64,000 nt of DNA from Sphagnum compactum (Eukaryota), in contig OZ234493.1 in NCBI GenBank assembly GCA_965153455.1, positions 9,538,213 to 9,602,212 on the forward strand, given 5' to 3'. Positions within the stretch are counted from its first letter, which is position 1. Every line of letters begins with the position of its first letter. The notes beneath the pieces are model-generated. The model made no database searches, was not told the origin of the DNA, and was given only the letters and a program-made list of their open reading frames with translations. Both the position numbers and the translations under genes were made by a program. This document shows positions 51,716 through 64,000 of this stretch, in pieces.

Positions 51716-53939
51716 GAATTATTTTTGTGATTGAAAATTGAACAAAATTGAAAGTAATTCTTTGTATGAAAATTGTGGTATGTTCATGTTATTGTTGAAA
51801 AATAGTCTTTTTTTTTTAAAGGATTTTTGTGTGTGGCCAAAGTGGCAATCTCCCTAAGATGACTTAGCCAAATCTAACTATAAACAAGATGTGAATTAAA
51901 AACCTTGATCATCTTTTTATATTTTTGACTTCACATTAAAGACCAAATTCAAAACATCCAAAATCGGTTCATGTTCAAAAAACAATTTAATGCATATTTT
52001 CACCAATAAAAAAAGTTTTGTTGGATAATCCTTGAACAATCAGATTTTCATGATCAAATTTTAACAAGTAAATTACATTATGTCATAAATGCCATAGTTA
52101 TAAAATGCGCATGCGAAAATTGCATTGTAATCGCACATCCTCATGCAAGGGACTAACAATATTTATACCACAAACAATTGCAAAAGCTGAAGAAATTACC
52201 AAGTCAAATGCATAGAAACATACATGTGTGGTTCTTGGGGGGGGGGGGGGATCTCTAACAATAAACTAGGCAAATGCCATGAAATCTTTATTTTTTATAT
52301 TATTTAGTTAAACTCAATTATTGTCTTTGGGTTCCAAACTCCACAAAGATTTATTTAACTTGATTGTTAAACAAACAAAGGGTGTGTCATCACATTGTGG
52401 CCTTGCCATTTACATTAAAAAGTATCTTAATGCAAAAGAAGAAGAATTAGGGAAACTCAAATATTTCACCATGCAAAAATGTAATCTTCAAAACAATCCT
52501 CTGAAAAAGAAAAAACCAAAATCCTTCAAGATATTATAACTCTATAACTAATCCCAAGTTTCAACACAAGCCAAAATATCGTATTTCAAAAATCCTCATA
52601 TAAAACTAGACCTATTACCAAGGGGCCAAAATCTAAACACAGATGTCCTTGCCCTTGTAAGCAAGGCCAACAATGAACAATAGGATAAATGTACCTAACT
52701 AATGTGAATTGTATTTGATGGAAAGGAAAAAGATATTAAATTGTAGGTGTGAACCTAACATCGTGTTATACCATGATTTTTTTTTTTAAATTTAAAAAAA
52801 TCCAAAAGCTTTCAGCAAAGGCTCTATTTGAGAATATTGAAAAATAAAATTGTTAAAAAATTTGTTAAAAAATTCGTTATGGAGGTGATTTGATAATTTT
52901 CAGACTTTGTGACAAAAATTAAACTAAACTACCAAAAAAAAAAAAAAGGTTTTGGAAGGAAAAATTAGTTGGGTAAGGAGTTCACACTTGGGTTACCCCC
53001 AATTGGACTGGAACGGAGTTAGATTTTTAGAACGGGAACTGAGTGAGATCTTGTTTGTTTTTAAAGAACCGGATTTGGAACCAGATTCCAAGTTCCACTT
53101 CTTGGCGTGATTGGAACCAGAACCGGAATCGCTCTAATTTATCTCTTTAAAAATGAGAACCGCAGGTTACTCACAAAACTCAAGAACCGCCCAACACTGG
53201 TTTATACCTACCTTATACCGATACAAATACTTGCCATTTATGAAAATGTTTTTATGGGTGAAATTTTCTCGCTTGGTGAAAAATAAAAAATAAAAAAGGT
53301 GGTTTTTGGGGGTTTTTTAATGCTAAATTTTATGGTGGATTTTAGCCGAATAGCAATTGATGCTTTTTTTTTAATGGAAAAAACTGAACATTCCTATATA
53401 TATATATATATATATATATCTCTGTTTAATTACCTACTGGAACTAAAAATTTGATGATTTTGAAGATTTTAAAAATATTTTTTAAAGAATTTTGATGATT
53501 TTCTTTTAAAAAATCATTGAATTTGTGACAATTTTTTATTTTTTTTCAAAATCTTGCATTAGTGCGAAATTTCACACCAAACAAAGAATAGCAAGGGTGA
53601 GCAGAGGTTGCAATAATCCAGAAGCCAATTTAGCCAAAATTTGGGTAGTAACAAAAATATGAAAGGAAAATTTTTGAACATTCTTATACAGTTTTTATTA
53701 CCTACTTGCACCAGAAAGCTGGAGATTTTTAAGATAAAAATTTTCTCTTTGAATTTTTTTTGGAATTCTGGATTTTTAAAATATATATATTTTTTGAAAT
53801 CCCTTTAAATCCCTTTAAATCACAATGTTTTGGTGTGGTCTGGTGTTGTTTTTTATAAAAAATATGGAAAAATAATTCGCCAAATTGCGAAGATTCGCCT
53901 CCAAAAAAAAAAAAAAAAAACTGGTTGCCAGTTATTACT

Positions 53940-54300
53940 GCCGACACGGAAGGGACGCGGAAATGGGGTTGCAAACCCTAATCAGTCGTCCCGTCCGTCT
54001 GGCAGACGCAAGGTGCGCGCGCGCGTCAGAGTCTGTCTCAGACGATTAATATCCGCTGCCGTCAGTTTGTCTCGACTCCGCCGTCCGTGGGCTTGACTCG
54101 TCGTTGCGGGACCTCCCGGGGAAGGGGCAGGGATGTAGGTGGGCAGTGGGGAAGGGAGGAGGAGGTGGACTCGGGGAAGACGACGACGCCCCTCCCCCGA
54201 GACTTTTCTTTGCACATGCTGTTTACCAGCCCACCAGCAAACACCAAAGCCTCCTCAAGAACAAGATCAAGCCACAAATCATTTCCCAACCGCTCGGTTC
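53940..54300 (+). promoter_or_regulatory. GC-rich promoter / first exon region of the F-box gene with telo-box
   Basis: AAACCCTAA at 53973-53981 and an abrupt GC/CpG rise, followed by a CT-rich leader and a donor CAG|GTAAGC at ~54713. Confidence 0.55.
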
Positions 54301-56242
54301 TTCCCCTTTCCGAACTTCCTACTTTGTTGTTCTCTTGTCCCAGTTTTCTTTAGTGTTCTTCTTCTTCTTCTTCTTCTTTTGATGTTCGTTCTTGTAAACG
54401 GATGTTGTGTTGCTGCTGCGGCTGCTCCAGATTGCTTTGAATAAGAAACATTTTCGAATCCTTCTTTTCCAACCCTGGTGGCCTCGAGCTTTCTAGTGTT
54501 ATTTCACTGTAGCACGGCTTGTTTCTTCTTCTTCTTTCTTTCTTTCTTTGTTGTTCATTGTCGTAAAAGGATGCGGTACAGATGTTGTGGCGACGCTATT
54601 GTTGCTGCCTCTGCTGCTCCAGAGGGCTTTGAACAACAAACTGGAGGTCGTTTTCACGGGGGCTTTTTTTACGCTGCTTCTTCTTCATTTTCAACACGGC
54701 TTTGTTTCTACAGGTAAGCCTTGTTTCCTTTCTTTCAATTCATGAAACATTGGGGGCAGATCTTTGACTAAGTGTATGCTTGTTTTTTTTTTGGTGAGCT
54801 TACTTCTGTTTTGATATAAGTATTGTTGTGTCCTTTTTTTCCTGTGCTTCTAAAGATGCTCTCTCTGATGTTTTGAAACGAGTTGGATTTCGATCATTTG
54901 GAAATGATGAGGGAGGGTGGTGTGTTTGTTTTTTTTGGGGGGGGGGGGGGGGTCTTTTTGGCCCATTCTTCTAAAGATCTATCAATTCAGGGAAGAATGG
55001 GGCTGATCTTTGAAGTTTGCTTCCTTACTTTCTGTTTTGATAAGTCTTCTGCTTTTTTTGTGCACTTTGAAATGGAAGCTCACTTTGATGTTTTGAAAGG
55101 AGTTGGGATTTTCTACATTTTGCATTTGGAAATTATTTAACACCAGAGGTTTTGAAATTTACCTTCTTGAGCTTTTGTTTTGTGTTGTTTTTCTTTATGC
55201 AAAGATCTCGGTGACCTTGGGGGTTTCGGACTCTGTATCACTTTATGATTTTGAGTTCAATCAGCAATGGCGGTTGTGGCATGACAAGTTTGGGGGGGCC
55301 CCTAATCACAGAGCTGTTTGGGGCTTGGTGTTCTAATGTTCCTATTCACGGTTTGTACAAATTGTTATGAAGCTCCACGGGGCGATTTGAGCCAGTGATC
55401 CTCCCTTACAACATACATTGGAATGCCAGGAGGGTTTCAGTCCAAACTGGACATCAGTTTCGTGGGAGTGTTTCTTGTCATGAAAGTTTGTTGTTTGTGA
55501 GGCTTTTCTGTCCATTGTTAGAATGGTGATAGAGATAAGCTTTGAAACTGTTCATTCTTCTATGATCCAGGGCACCTCAAAGTTTTGCTGTGGAAGTTCA
55601 TTTGAGAGTCTGTGTGACTGGTAGCAGCAAAGGTCCTGAAGAGGGTTTGGATGTAGACAAACTCATTTCTGTTGAAGAGATCTTGAATGATGTGGCTTGG
55701 GACAGTTGGTGCTGTGACTTTTTTTCCCCTCTCTGCAGATTGCTTCTGAGTATCATTCTTCTTTTGACCTAAACTTTGAGTCAATAAGGGTTTTCTGCAT
55801 GAGCAATTTCAGTTTTTAGTCAGAAGGCGGCTCCTTGCCTTGATATTCAGTATGGCAGTTTGTTTACTTTGGGTGAACTGTGTTGTTCTTCATTTCAGCT
55901 CTGCCTTCAGCAGGACAGACCAGAGGTGGAGTGGGTATGTTGGGGGGTGGCTTGAGGGACCGCCACATGATAGAACCCTATAGATCACTTTTTGGAGGTT
56001 GTGGAAGCGAACTTTATCATGTGTAACATTCCCTTCACACTTGTAAGTTCCTCATTCTCTATGAACTCACAGAATCACGATTCTGAGTTTCCTGGATGAA
56101 CTTTTATGTGATAATCATAGAAAGCGCTTTCTTCTTATGCAGTAGCATCAGGAATGGTTGCATCAACATGTTATCAAAGTAGATCCAAATGTGAAGGAAC
56201 GTAGAAACAGCCTATTAACACCATGAAGTGTATGCTGTCCAG

Positions 56243-59127
56243 GTGATACCACAACATCTACAGGAAGATATCGTGAATCGCTTGGAAGATGCCGTTCACA
56301 TTGCAAGAGTGAAATGTGTGTGCAAGTCCTTACGATCTGCTGCTAGTCGCGTGCGGTCGCTTCGAATCATCTGCAAGGAAGAGTATCATGCTAGTGTCCG
56401 GCATGAAAACCCCCCAACAGCACTTCCGTATATCAAACCCATAAGAGGAGGTGCAGATCCAGCCACATTGAGTACGTCACAGGCAGATGGTTTGACGGAG
56501 GACATACAGAAAACCAAGAATGACGGCACTCCTGTTGGACCCCTACATGATGATACTCAAGATTCGAGTGGTACTCAAAATGGTGTTTCCCAGGGCTGCC
56601 AGAGTGACAGTGGAATCACCGAGCATCCTCTAGAGAAAGTTGCCGAGGGTCCGGATGCTCCACATGAAGTTGTTGAAGGATCTAATCGTGTTCGGTCACT
56701 TCGAATCATCTGCAAGGAAGAGTATCATGCTAGTGTCCGAGATGATGACCCCCCAACAGCACTTCCTGATATCAAGCCCATAAGAGCAGATCAAGCCACA
56801 TGCAGGACATCACAGGCAGATGGTTTGACTGATGGCATACAGAAAACCAAGAATGACAGTACTCATGTTGGAATCCGGCATGATACTCAAAATTCCTGTG
56901 GCAATCCAAATGGGGTTTACCAGGGCTGCCAGAGTGACAGCGGAATCACCAACAAGCGTCCTCCAGAGAAAGTTGCTGAGGGTCCAGATGCTCGACATGA
57001 AGTCGTTGAAGGATCTGATCTCAAAAAGCGCACTTGGGGTCAAAGAGAAACCTTTTGTGAAGCTGAGGTTTGCAATCAGCAGCCCCCATGCAACCAGAAT
57101 AGTAGTGATCAGGCTCTGCAAGACACTTGCAGTAACTGTGATACCTCTATGGGTAATCTGCCAGAAACCCTAAGGGATGATAATGGCAACTTTCCAAATG
57201 GGAGTAGCAAGAAACCCAAACTTGAGGGGGACATTTGTGTGGAGGATTCACAGGCTGGGAAAGCAAGTACTCCAGAGACAAAGAAGGAAACAGATGCCCA
57301 AAAGGGACATCTGCAAGAAACTCAAAGGGATGACAATGACAATTTCCTGAGTAGGAGTAGCAAGAGACTAAAACTTGAGGGGGAGTTCACTGCTGCGAAT
57401 CCACAGGATGGGGATGCAAGTACTTCAGGGGCAGGCAAAGAACCAATTTTTTTCCGCCAAATTCTGCCAACAGTATTGCAGGGGTCAGAATGTGTTGCAC
57501 AATTAAGAATTGAGGTTGAACCAAAGCTGCAGTCAAAGGTGGTTCCAGAGGCAGAACGGAAGTGTACTGATCATTGGATGACAGATCCATTGTTTGTGAA
57601 CAAGTGGATTTGGTATGTTCAGTCTTCAATACAGCATCTGTGCATAGTGGATTATGGACAGCAAGCCATCATGAGGAGATCCAGCATCCTCACAGTCATA
57701 TCACAAACTTGTGAGTGTTCACTCCCTGTGTGTTCTCACATCTATACATTTTTTTTGATGTTGGCCAGGAAGGACATTATGATGCTCAAAAGGCTAGTTT
57801 GCCCTGCTGAACCTTGACAATCCAAATCATGGTTGTTTAGTTGAAATATTGTGAAGTCCATTATAGGGTAGTCCTAAAGATGTGGGTGGCCAAGATCTGC
57901 AAAGCATTTTTTTGGCAAATCTGCTGATCAATGGATGTTAAAATCTGTGCTCATCCACCTCTTTGTTCTCAAACCAGACATCAGCCTTCAAGTGCACTAA
58001 GGTTCAGTTGTTTACTCTTGAATCATTAACGTCATTGGCTTTTGTCATCAAAATAAAGCTACATTATTGTGAAGTCATTTATGGCATTTACTGTTGTCTT
58101 CAAACTGTGTATGTAAAATGTGGACTCATAGCAGATGCAATGCTTCATACATGCCTTGAGATTTTATGCTTCTGACCAAGGTCTTGAATTGTGTGGTGTG
58201 TGATCAGGCTCTGTGTTGAAGACACTGGACTTGAGGAACATGTTTCTGGACACAAAGGGGTGCAAGGACATGCCAAACCTGGCAAGTTTTACTCTCCGCT
58301 GTGTGAAAGTGAATGGTAATGTGCTCCAAGAAATTAACATGCGGATGAGAAATTTGCAAACTTTGGCCCTCCTTGGGGTTTTTGGGGTTCAAGAAGGCCA
58401 CTTAACATTACCTGAACTCAAAGTGTTATGTCTTGGCTTGTCCACTAAAGCAAAATCAGTCAAGATTGAGTTGCCAAATCTTGGGAAATTGCAGTTGAAG
58501 ATGTCATGTCCAGAAGTACTTCACATATATGCACCAGTCCTCCAATTTGTGGCATTTAACCTTGAGATCCTCGATTGCTCATTGGTGGGATTGGAACACA
58601 TCAAGAATCTTCGGGAGCTTCTTTATGGTGCATCACAATTTAACACGCTCTCAAAGCTTGTGCAAAAAAATACGTGCCTTGACAAGACGTTTCTGGACAT
58701 ACCGTGCATGGCCTTGGATGAGGATGGAAAGTGGCTGGGTGTGTTAAATGAAGTTGCACTCAATGTGCCATCCTTTGAGACACTTCGATCAGAGTGTCTG
58801 AACATGCAAGTCCTCAACATTGGTCCAGGGCTTTGGCATTCGATGGAGACAGTGCACTACTCCAGTTTAACAGAAGTTCAGGCTTGGCCACCAATTACAA
58901 GGCTCATCTTGCACATGATTCCCCACACACTTGAATCGTCTGTTGCAGTTTTACTTTTGTTTATCACAGTAATGCCAAAGCTGCGGATTTTGGAAGTAAA
59001 GGTGCACACAGATAGCCCAGTTGACTATGACTCTTTTATCGATGCCATCAAGAGCCACGTCTCCCACTTGATGTTTAGAGCTGGGAGATGGACCAAGAGT
59101 CTCGACTTCTCTTGTTTTAGCTTCTAG
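56243..59127 (+). CDS. F-box/LRR-type protein with a large repeat insertion (exons 56243-57710 and 58208-59127, about 795 codons; start codon unresolved)
   Basis: N-terminal F-box IPQHLQEDIVNRLEDAVHIARVKCVCKSLR. The C-terminal part WMTDPLFVNKW..LCIVDY..MRRSSILTVISQTC|SVLKTLDLRNMFL..MPNLASFTL..LQTLALLGVFG has LRR-like periodicity and, from recall, resembles the Arabidopsis At4g29420-type family. Phase-1 intron T|GTGAGT..CAG|GC. Confidence 0.85.
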
Positions 59128-59734
59128 TGTGGATTTAACCATTGGGCCCCCAAAAAAGCAGGTGGTCCCTGTTTTTGCATGTACATGTCTTTTTTTTTTC
59201 CGGCAAGGCACAAAGGAGGTTCTGTTTTTTGTACACATGATAAGCTATGCTTTATCATCCCTCAGGTTTTTCAGGTTACAGAAATGGAACACACAAAAAT
59301 GCGATACAACCTTACTGGTTTCTTCATGTTAAGGTCTCATTGAGCTCTTTGGGCTCAGCACTGTGTGGATCATGCTTTAGGGTTTTACATGATGAAATGT
59401 GGCAAATGATATGGGATAAAATCCGCAATTGTTGTTTGTGGAAATTGCAAGGGGTGGTTGTGTCATCTCCCTCTCTGCACAAAAGCAACAATTGTAGCTT
59501 TACACCTAATGATTCTGGGATTTTCCTTATATTTTTCCTTAATTTCCCATCATCATAAATTTATTTGCCCGTGATTGAAATCAAAACTCTTATCATTGCA
59601 ATTGTGTTATGGCCAATGTAATAGGTTTTGTTTATATCTTGTGTCTATGCATTTTGGGGAAACACATTTGCAAGGTCATGTTAAGAAGCATGGGGAAAAT
59701 TGGCTGTTTCTGCCAGAATTCCTCAACGTCCCTT

Positions 59735-59844
59735 GCGAGCAGCCAAGACTCTGGCAAAATATAAGCGCTGGTCCCCTGTGTCAAACAAAGCGAGCAGCCA
59801 AGACTACGGCAAAATATAAGCGCTGGTCCCCTGTGTCAAACAAA
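59735..59844. repeat. 55-bp tandem duplication downstream of the F-box gene
   Basis: gcgagcagccaagact..ggcaaaatataagcgctggtcccctgtgtcaaacaaa occurs twice (59735 and 59790). Confidence 0.95.
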
Positions 59845-59988
59845 TGAGACGTTGTAGAAGTCTGCAACGATGTATCCAATGCATTAGGCTTAGGATTACC
59901 ACTCTTTTTGCATGCTTTCCATATCTCATACAACCTCAAATTGTATGAACATAGTTTGTCCATTGTGTACATATAGAAGTAATTATAA

Positions 59989-60558
59989 CTAGTGGGTACC
60001 CGTGACGAAAATTCATTGAAAAGTCCCCCATGAAAACATACATGGTGAAGCGAGCTTTTATCTTTTTTTTTTTTTTTTTAATGTGTTTTCTGTTTTTATT
60101 TGTATAATAAAAATAAAGTGTTTATTGTTCACTTTTATATTTTTGTTTATTTGGATGCAAGTTTGAAGTTTGGAGAAAGAAGACACACCTCATTCTTTTT
60201 CAAGTAAGGTTTTTCTTCATTATTATAAGTTTTATTTTTTCTTATTTTTTATTCTTTATTTTGTTTCTTCATTTTTGTAAATTTTTATTTTAAAATTATT
60301 ATTACTCTATTTCCCTTTCCTTGTTTTCTGAGGTCCCGAAATGAGCCGCACCTGGCACTGGAACATTTCAGGCCAGGTGCGGCTCATTTCGAGACCTCGT
60401 TTCTGTCATCTGGGGGGTTGCAGAATCGGCCTCGCAGAGACTGTTAACGGGTCCATCATCTGGGGGGTTACAGAATCAGCCTCGCAGAGACTGTTAACGG
60501 GTCGGAATGGACAGGTTCAGACAGACACACTAACAGACCAAGTGAATTAATATATAGA
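59989..60558 (-). mobile_element. Non-autonomous Helitron-like element
   Basis: Minus strand starts TCTATATATTAA (60558) and ends ..cgtcacgggtacccaCTAG|T (59989). It contains an internal 27-bp-stem hairpin and a 50-bp tandem duplication (60407, 60457). Confidence 0.6.
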
Positions 60559-60649
60559 ATAATAATAATAAATGTAATACTATTAATATTAATAAGAGGA
60601 ATAGTATATTTGATATGCATTCAAAGGCATTAAATGATCATATGTCTCA

Positions 60650-61420
60650 AAGAGGATTCTTACTTGGAAACCTTACAACACGCAAGTTGTTGATGGGGAA
60701 TTTGGGGACTAGAAAGTGTTGGCCCTTGACATTGCAAGAAGGTTTAGCTGGGTAGACATTACTTGGCATTATTCTTGGTGCTTTGGACATCCATGGAGTG
60801 AAACTTGCAAAGACAATTGCTCCAAATGCAAGATTGGACAAAACATGCGTGTTTGTATGAATATTTGTAGGAAATGGGACGAACAACGAGGCATTAATTG
60901 CCATCATTCATAGATTGGGTTCGTGATGTTTTATGTGTTCATGACATGGAGGCAAATAATCTTGATGACCATGATTTGATCTTATTGTGCACTAAACATG
61001 GGCTTTCCGTTGTAAAATATGTTAAAGCAAAAGGCTTTAACAATAATTTCCGTGTCTTGGACCATATAATTAACTTGTTGCAAATATTTGATAGTAGTGT
61101 TGTTTTAGTGTTTCAACAACTTGATGTTGATGCAAGAGCCATTCAAATGAACTATGTTGGAATGCTCAAGGACATAGTGCAACTAAATTATGGGCTTGTC
61201 AACACCCCTACTATATTATTTGGATGTGAGTGAATAAAACATACAAATAATTGGGGTAATAACATATATATTAAAGATGATGTAGGATTTATGGTTGTCA
61301 ATTTCAAGCACAAGTTGCCAGTTTTCTAAGAACCATTTGTATTTCCTTCATGAGCTATGCAAGTTTTCTACTTAGATGACAAATGGCCATGTTGGAAAGT
61401 ATTTTTACCCAAAGAGGTTC
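60650..61420 (+). mobile_element. CACTA (En/Spm) transposase remnant, DUF4216-like region
   Basis: NYVGMLKDIVQLNYG..TILFGCE*IK..KDDVGFMVVNFKHKL..EPFVFPS*AMQVFYLDD..WKV matches the CACTA transposase C-terminal pattern. In-frame stops are present. Confidence 0.8.
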
Positions 61421-64000
61421 ACTCCCACCAATCTATTACAAGACGCAAATGATGTGTTCATTACCACAACAATGGAAGCTCAGGGACTCCATCCACCAAC
61501 AAGGCTACCTCCACCATGATCTATAGTGTCTTTAGTGGGGGTAATTAAGTTGTTAGATGTTGAAAATCTTCTAACATCTTCACATTTTTTACTAAGTTTT
61601 TTGTTGTTAAATTATGTTCCACTACTCAAATTAATTTCAATTTGATTGTTTCAAATTTAGACATGCTTCAATTTACGTGCACGCTACGACAAAATGTGGG
61701 TGCAAATCATTAGTCCTTGTTCAGTGGACTAGTAATTCACTGCATCCTCATTAGGTCCTATTCATTCAGATTAGTGAATTCAATCTAAATCCAATGAAAT
61801 CATTTGGTGTACAAACACACATTTTGTTGTAGTGTTGATGTGACACATTGATGTTGATTTGAATTTGAGCAATAATTTTTTAACATCTAGTTGTGTGGAT
61901 GGTATTGGGATATTAAACAATGCATATGACATGTTTAATATGAAATCAAATTGTAAATGTTTGTTTTGTTTCAAATATGTGAACATGAGGAGAAAATTGG
62001 TTCATTTTTCCTTTTCCTTTCTAAAGGAAATTTGTGGGAAACATAGGTGACTTCCACGGTTTTTTAATCCATGTATTAATTTTCTAGTATCATAGTACCT
62101 AGGTAGCTTCGGCACAAATTATGTTATTTTTCAGTTTGCCAAAAAATTAGAATATTTTATGTCAAGATTTTTGAAAATTCAATCAAAGTGTACTTGAACC
62201 CACACCATGTCCTACAAAATAACATAAATTATGATAAGTTTAAGTGAAAGGACAACATGAAACTTGTGAAATATCAAATCATTTTATTTTGTTTATTGCT
62301 TATATGCCAAAATTTTCAAAAAAAAATTTCAAGTGTTGAATCAAAATTTAAAATTATATTAATTATTCACCACATTAGTGTTGAAGCTACTTAGGTATTA
62401 GTAGTTAAGTTAATCATTCATTTAACAACTACTAAGAATAACTCCTTGATATTTTGGCTACATGTGGTTGTTATGTACCCATTTGCACACAAAAAAACTG
62501 AAAAAAAATTCATTGATTTTTAGTTCCATGTGGACATAAAATACAAGTTAAAATGTCATGTCATATTCATCAGTACATTCACATCATATACATACAATTC
62601 AAATGTGACTATAAAATGACTAGATCACAATCTATGTGTACATTATGGGCACATCAACCACTATAACATCAACATGTTATATATATTATTTGGAAATTGT
62701 ATGCCACATCATGTCACAACTGTTCAATTGTTTTTACAATTTCACATCTTTAGCCCAAATATACATAATATGACCACATGTTCACATCATGCTAAACATC
62801 CATTCAATAAACTATAACATATTGTTGGATGAGTAATGATCACCTAATGTTAGATGAGATTTACAAACAATTTAGAATTGCATTCATTAATTGCAACAAC
62901 AACTAGATTGCAATCTACAAATATTGCCACATAAGGTGGACAATTGCAAATATGGTTCATAGTTGTTCTTTTAGTTGTTAAAGACTACCAATTGTTTAGG
63001 TAGTGGTTGCATAGGACATGGATTTTTCTAGTCTCATTGGACAATAAAAATTACGTTCCTTTAATTGACTAATTATAACATTACAACATGAGGAGCAACA
63101 TCAAAAATCAAATTTTAGCAACAAATATTGATGAAGTTTTGATCATAAAGATTGAAAAATTCCAAGCCAAATAAAGTCAAGGAGTCAATTACAACAAGAT
63201 TAAGAGATTGAATGTGTGTTATGGTCAAGGAATTCATTTGTCTAACTTTGACAAACCACTTAATATCAAAAAGGAAGTTTGAATACTCAATAGTCAAGTT
63301 TTTGTCATAATTGTGGAAAAAATGACCATTGGTAAAGAGAATGCTTCCACCCAAAAGGCTATGCCACAAGAAAGCTACAAAATTTGGATACACATCCAAG
63401 TTGGTATTTGGATTTTGGTGCCTTAAAACACATAAAGTGACATAAGTAATGTTAGCATTTACAATATAAACATTGGCCTAGTAAAAATCAAACCAATAGG
63501 TGGTTATAGTCACATGGTTGAAGGCAAGGGTAATGTGATTCTACTCCATTGAAAAGGTATGAAACACATAATTGATGTGTTCCATGTTCTTTAGAGTAAC
63601 CAAGAACTTGTTGTCTATAGTTTGACCAATAATAAATAGAGGATGCTATGTTGCTATTTATTCTTGCTACTATTGACATTTGGTATGGGTAAAATGTTGA
63701 TGTCTTTGGAGGGGAATTTGTTCATGTTGTTTGGACATGTTAGAATTGATAATGTTTTTTTTTTTGGGAGAGAAATTGACATTTGGCAATTACTATTGCT
63801 TGGAAGCTTCACTTGTTCAATGTAGTGTAAACAAAAGTGGAAGGGGAGAAACTTAAATCCCCTTCCTAACCTATCCTTAAACTAGAAAAAGAAAAAAAAT
63901 CTCACTACAAAACTTATTTTCCTCTTTTGAAAAGAAAGGACCAAAACGAACAAGAGGAAGGGCTCTTTCATTTCCTTTCCTTCACTAAATAGACATCAAT

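Noticed and set aside
53729..55336. Multiple short ORFs upstream of the F-box gene
   Set aside because: These are low-complexity translations of GC- or CT-rich promoter, UTR and intron sequence.

Overview
Eukaryotic nuclear DNA from a land plant, most likely a bryophyte such as a moss. This is inferred from GT-AG introns, CCCTAAA telo-boxes, AT-rich decayed transposon tracts and a centriolar CEP164-like gene, which implies a lineage with flagellated sperm. Four protein-coding genes are supported: the 5' part of a CEP164-like WW-domain gene (-, runs off the left edge), a complete 4-exon Y14/RBM8 exon-junction-complex gene (-), a 2-exon fructokinase (-), and an F-box/LRR gene (+) with large internal duplications. 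About 40 kb between the fructokinase and F-box genes is non-coding. It holds a decayed Ty3/Gypsy element with a PHD finger after its integrase, LTR fragments, MITEs, CACTA and Helitron pieces, tRNA-like fragments, minisatellites and a hairpin-rich island at about 24.9-27.6 kb that includes a pre-miRNA-like foldback. The most interesting signals are: (i) a 6-unit tandem array in the Y14 5' leader whose units each read as a small exon plus a minimal intron; (ii) the structured non-coding island; (iii) the PHD-Gypsy; and (iv) the F-box repeat insertion. No CRISPR array, rRNA or intact tRNA was found. All calls were made by eye, without database searches or folding software.
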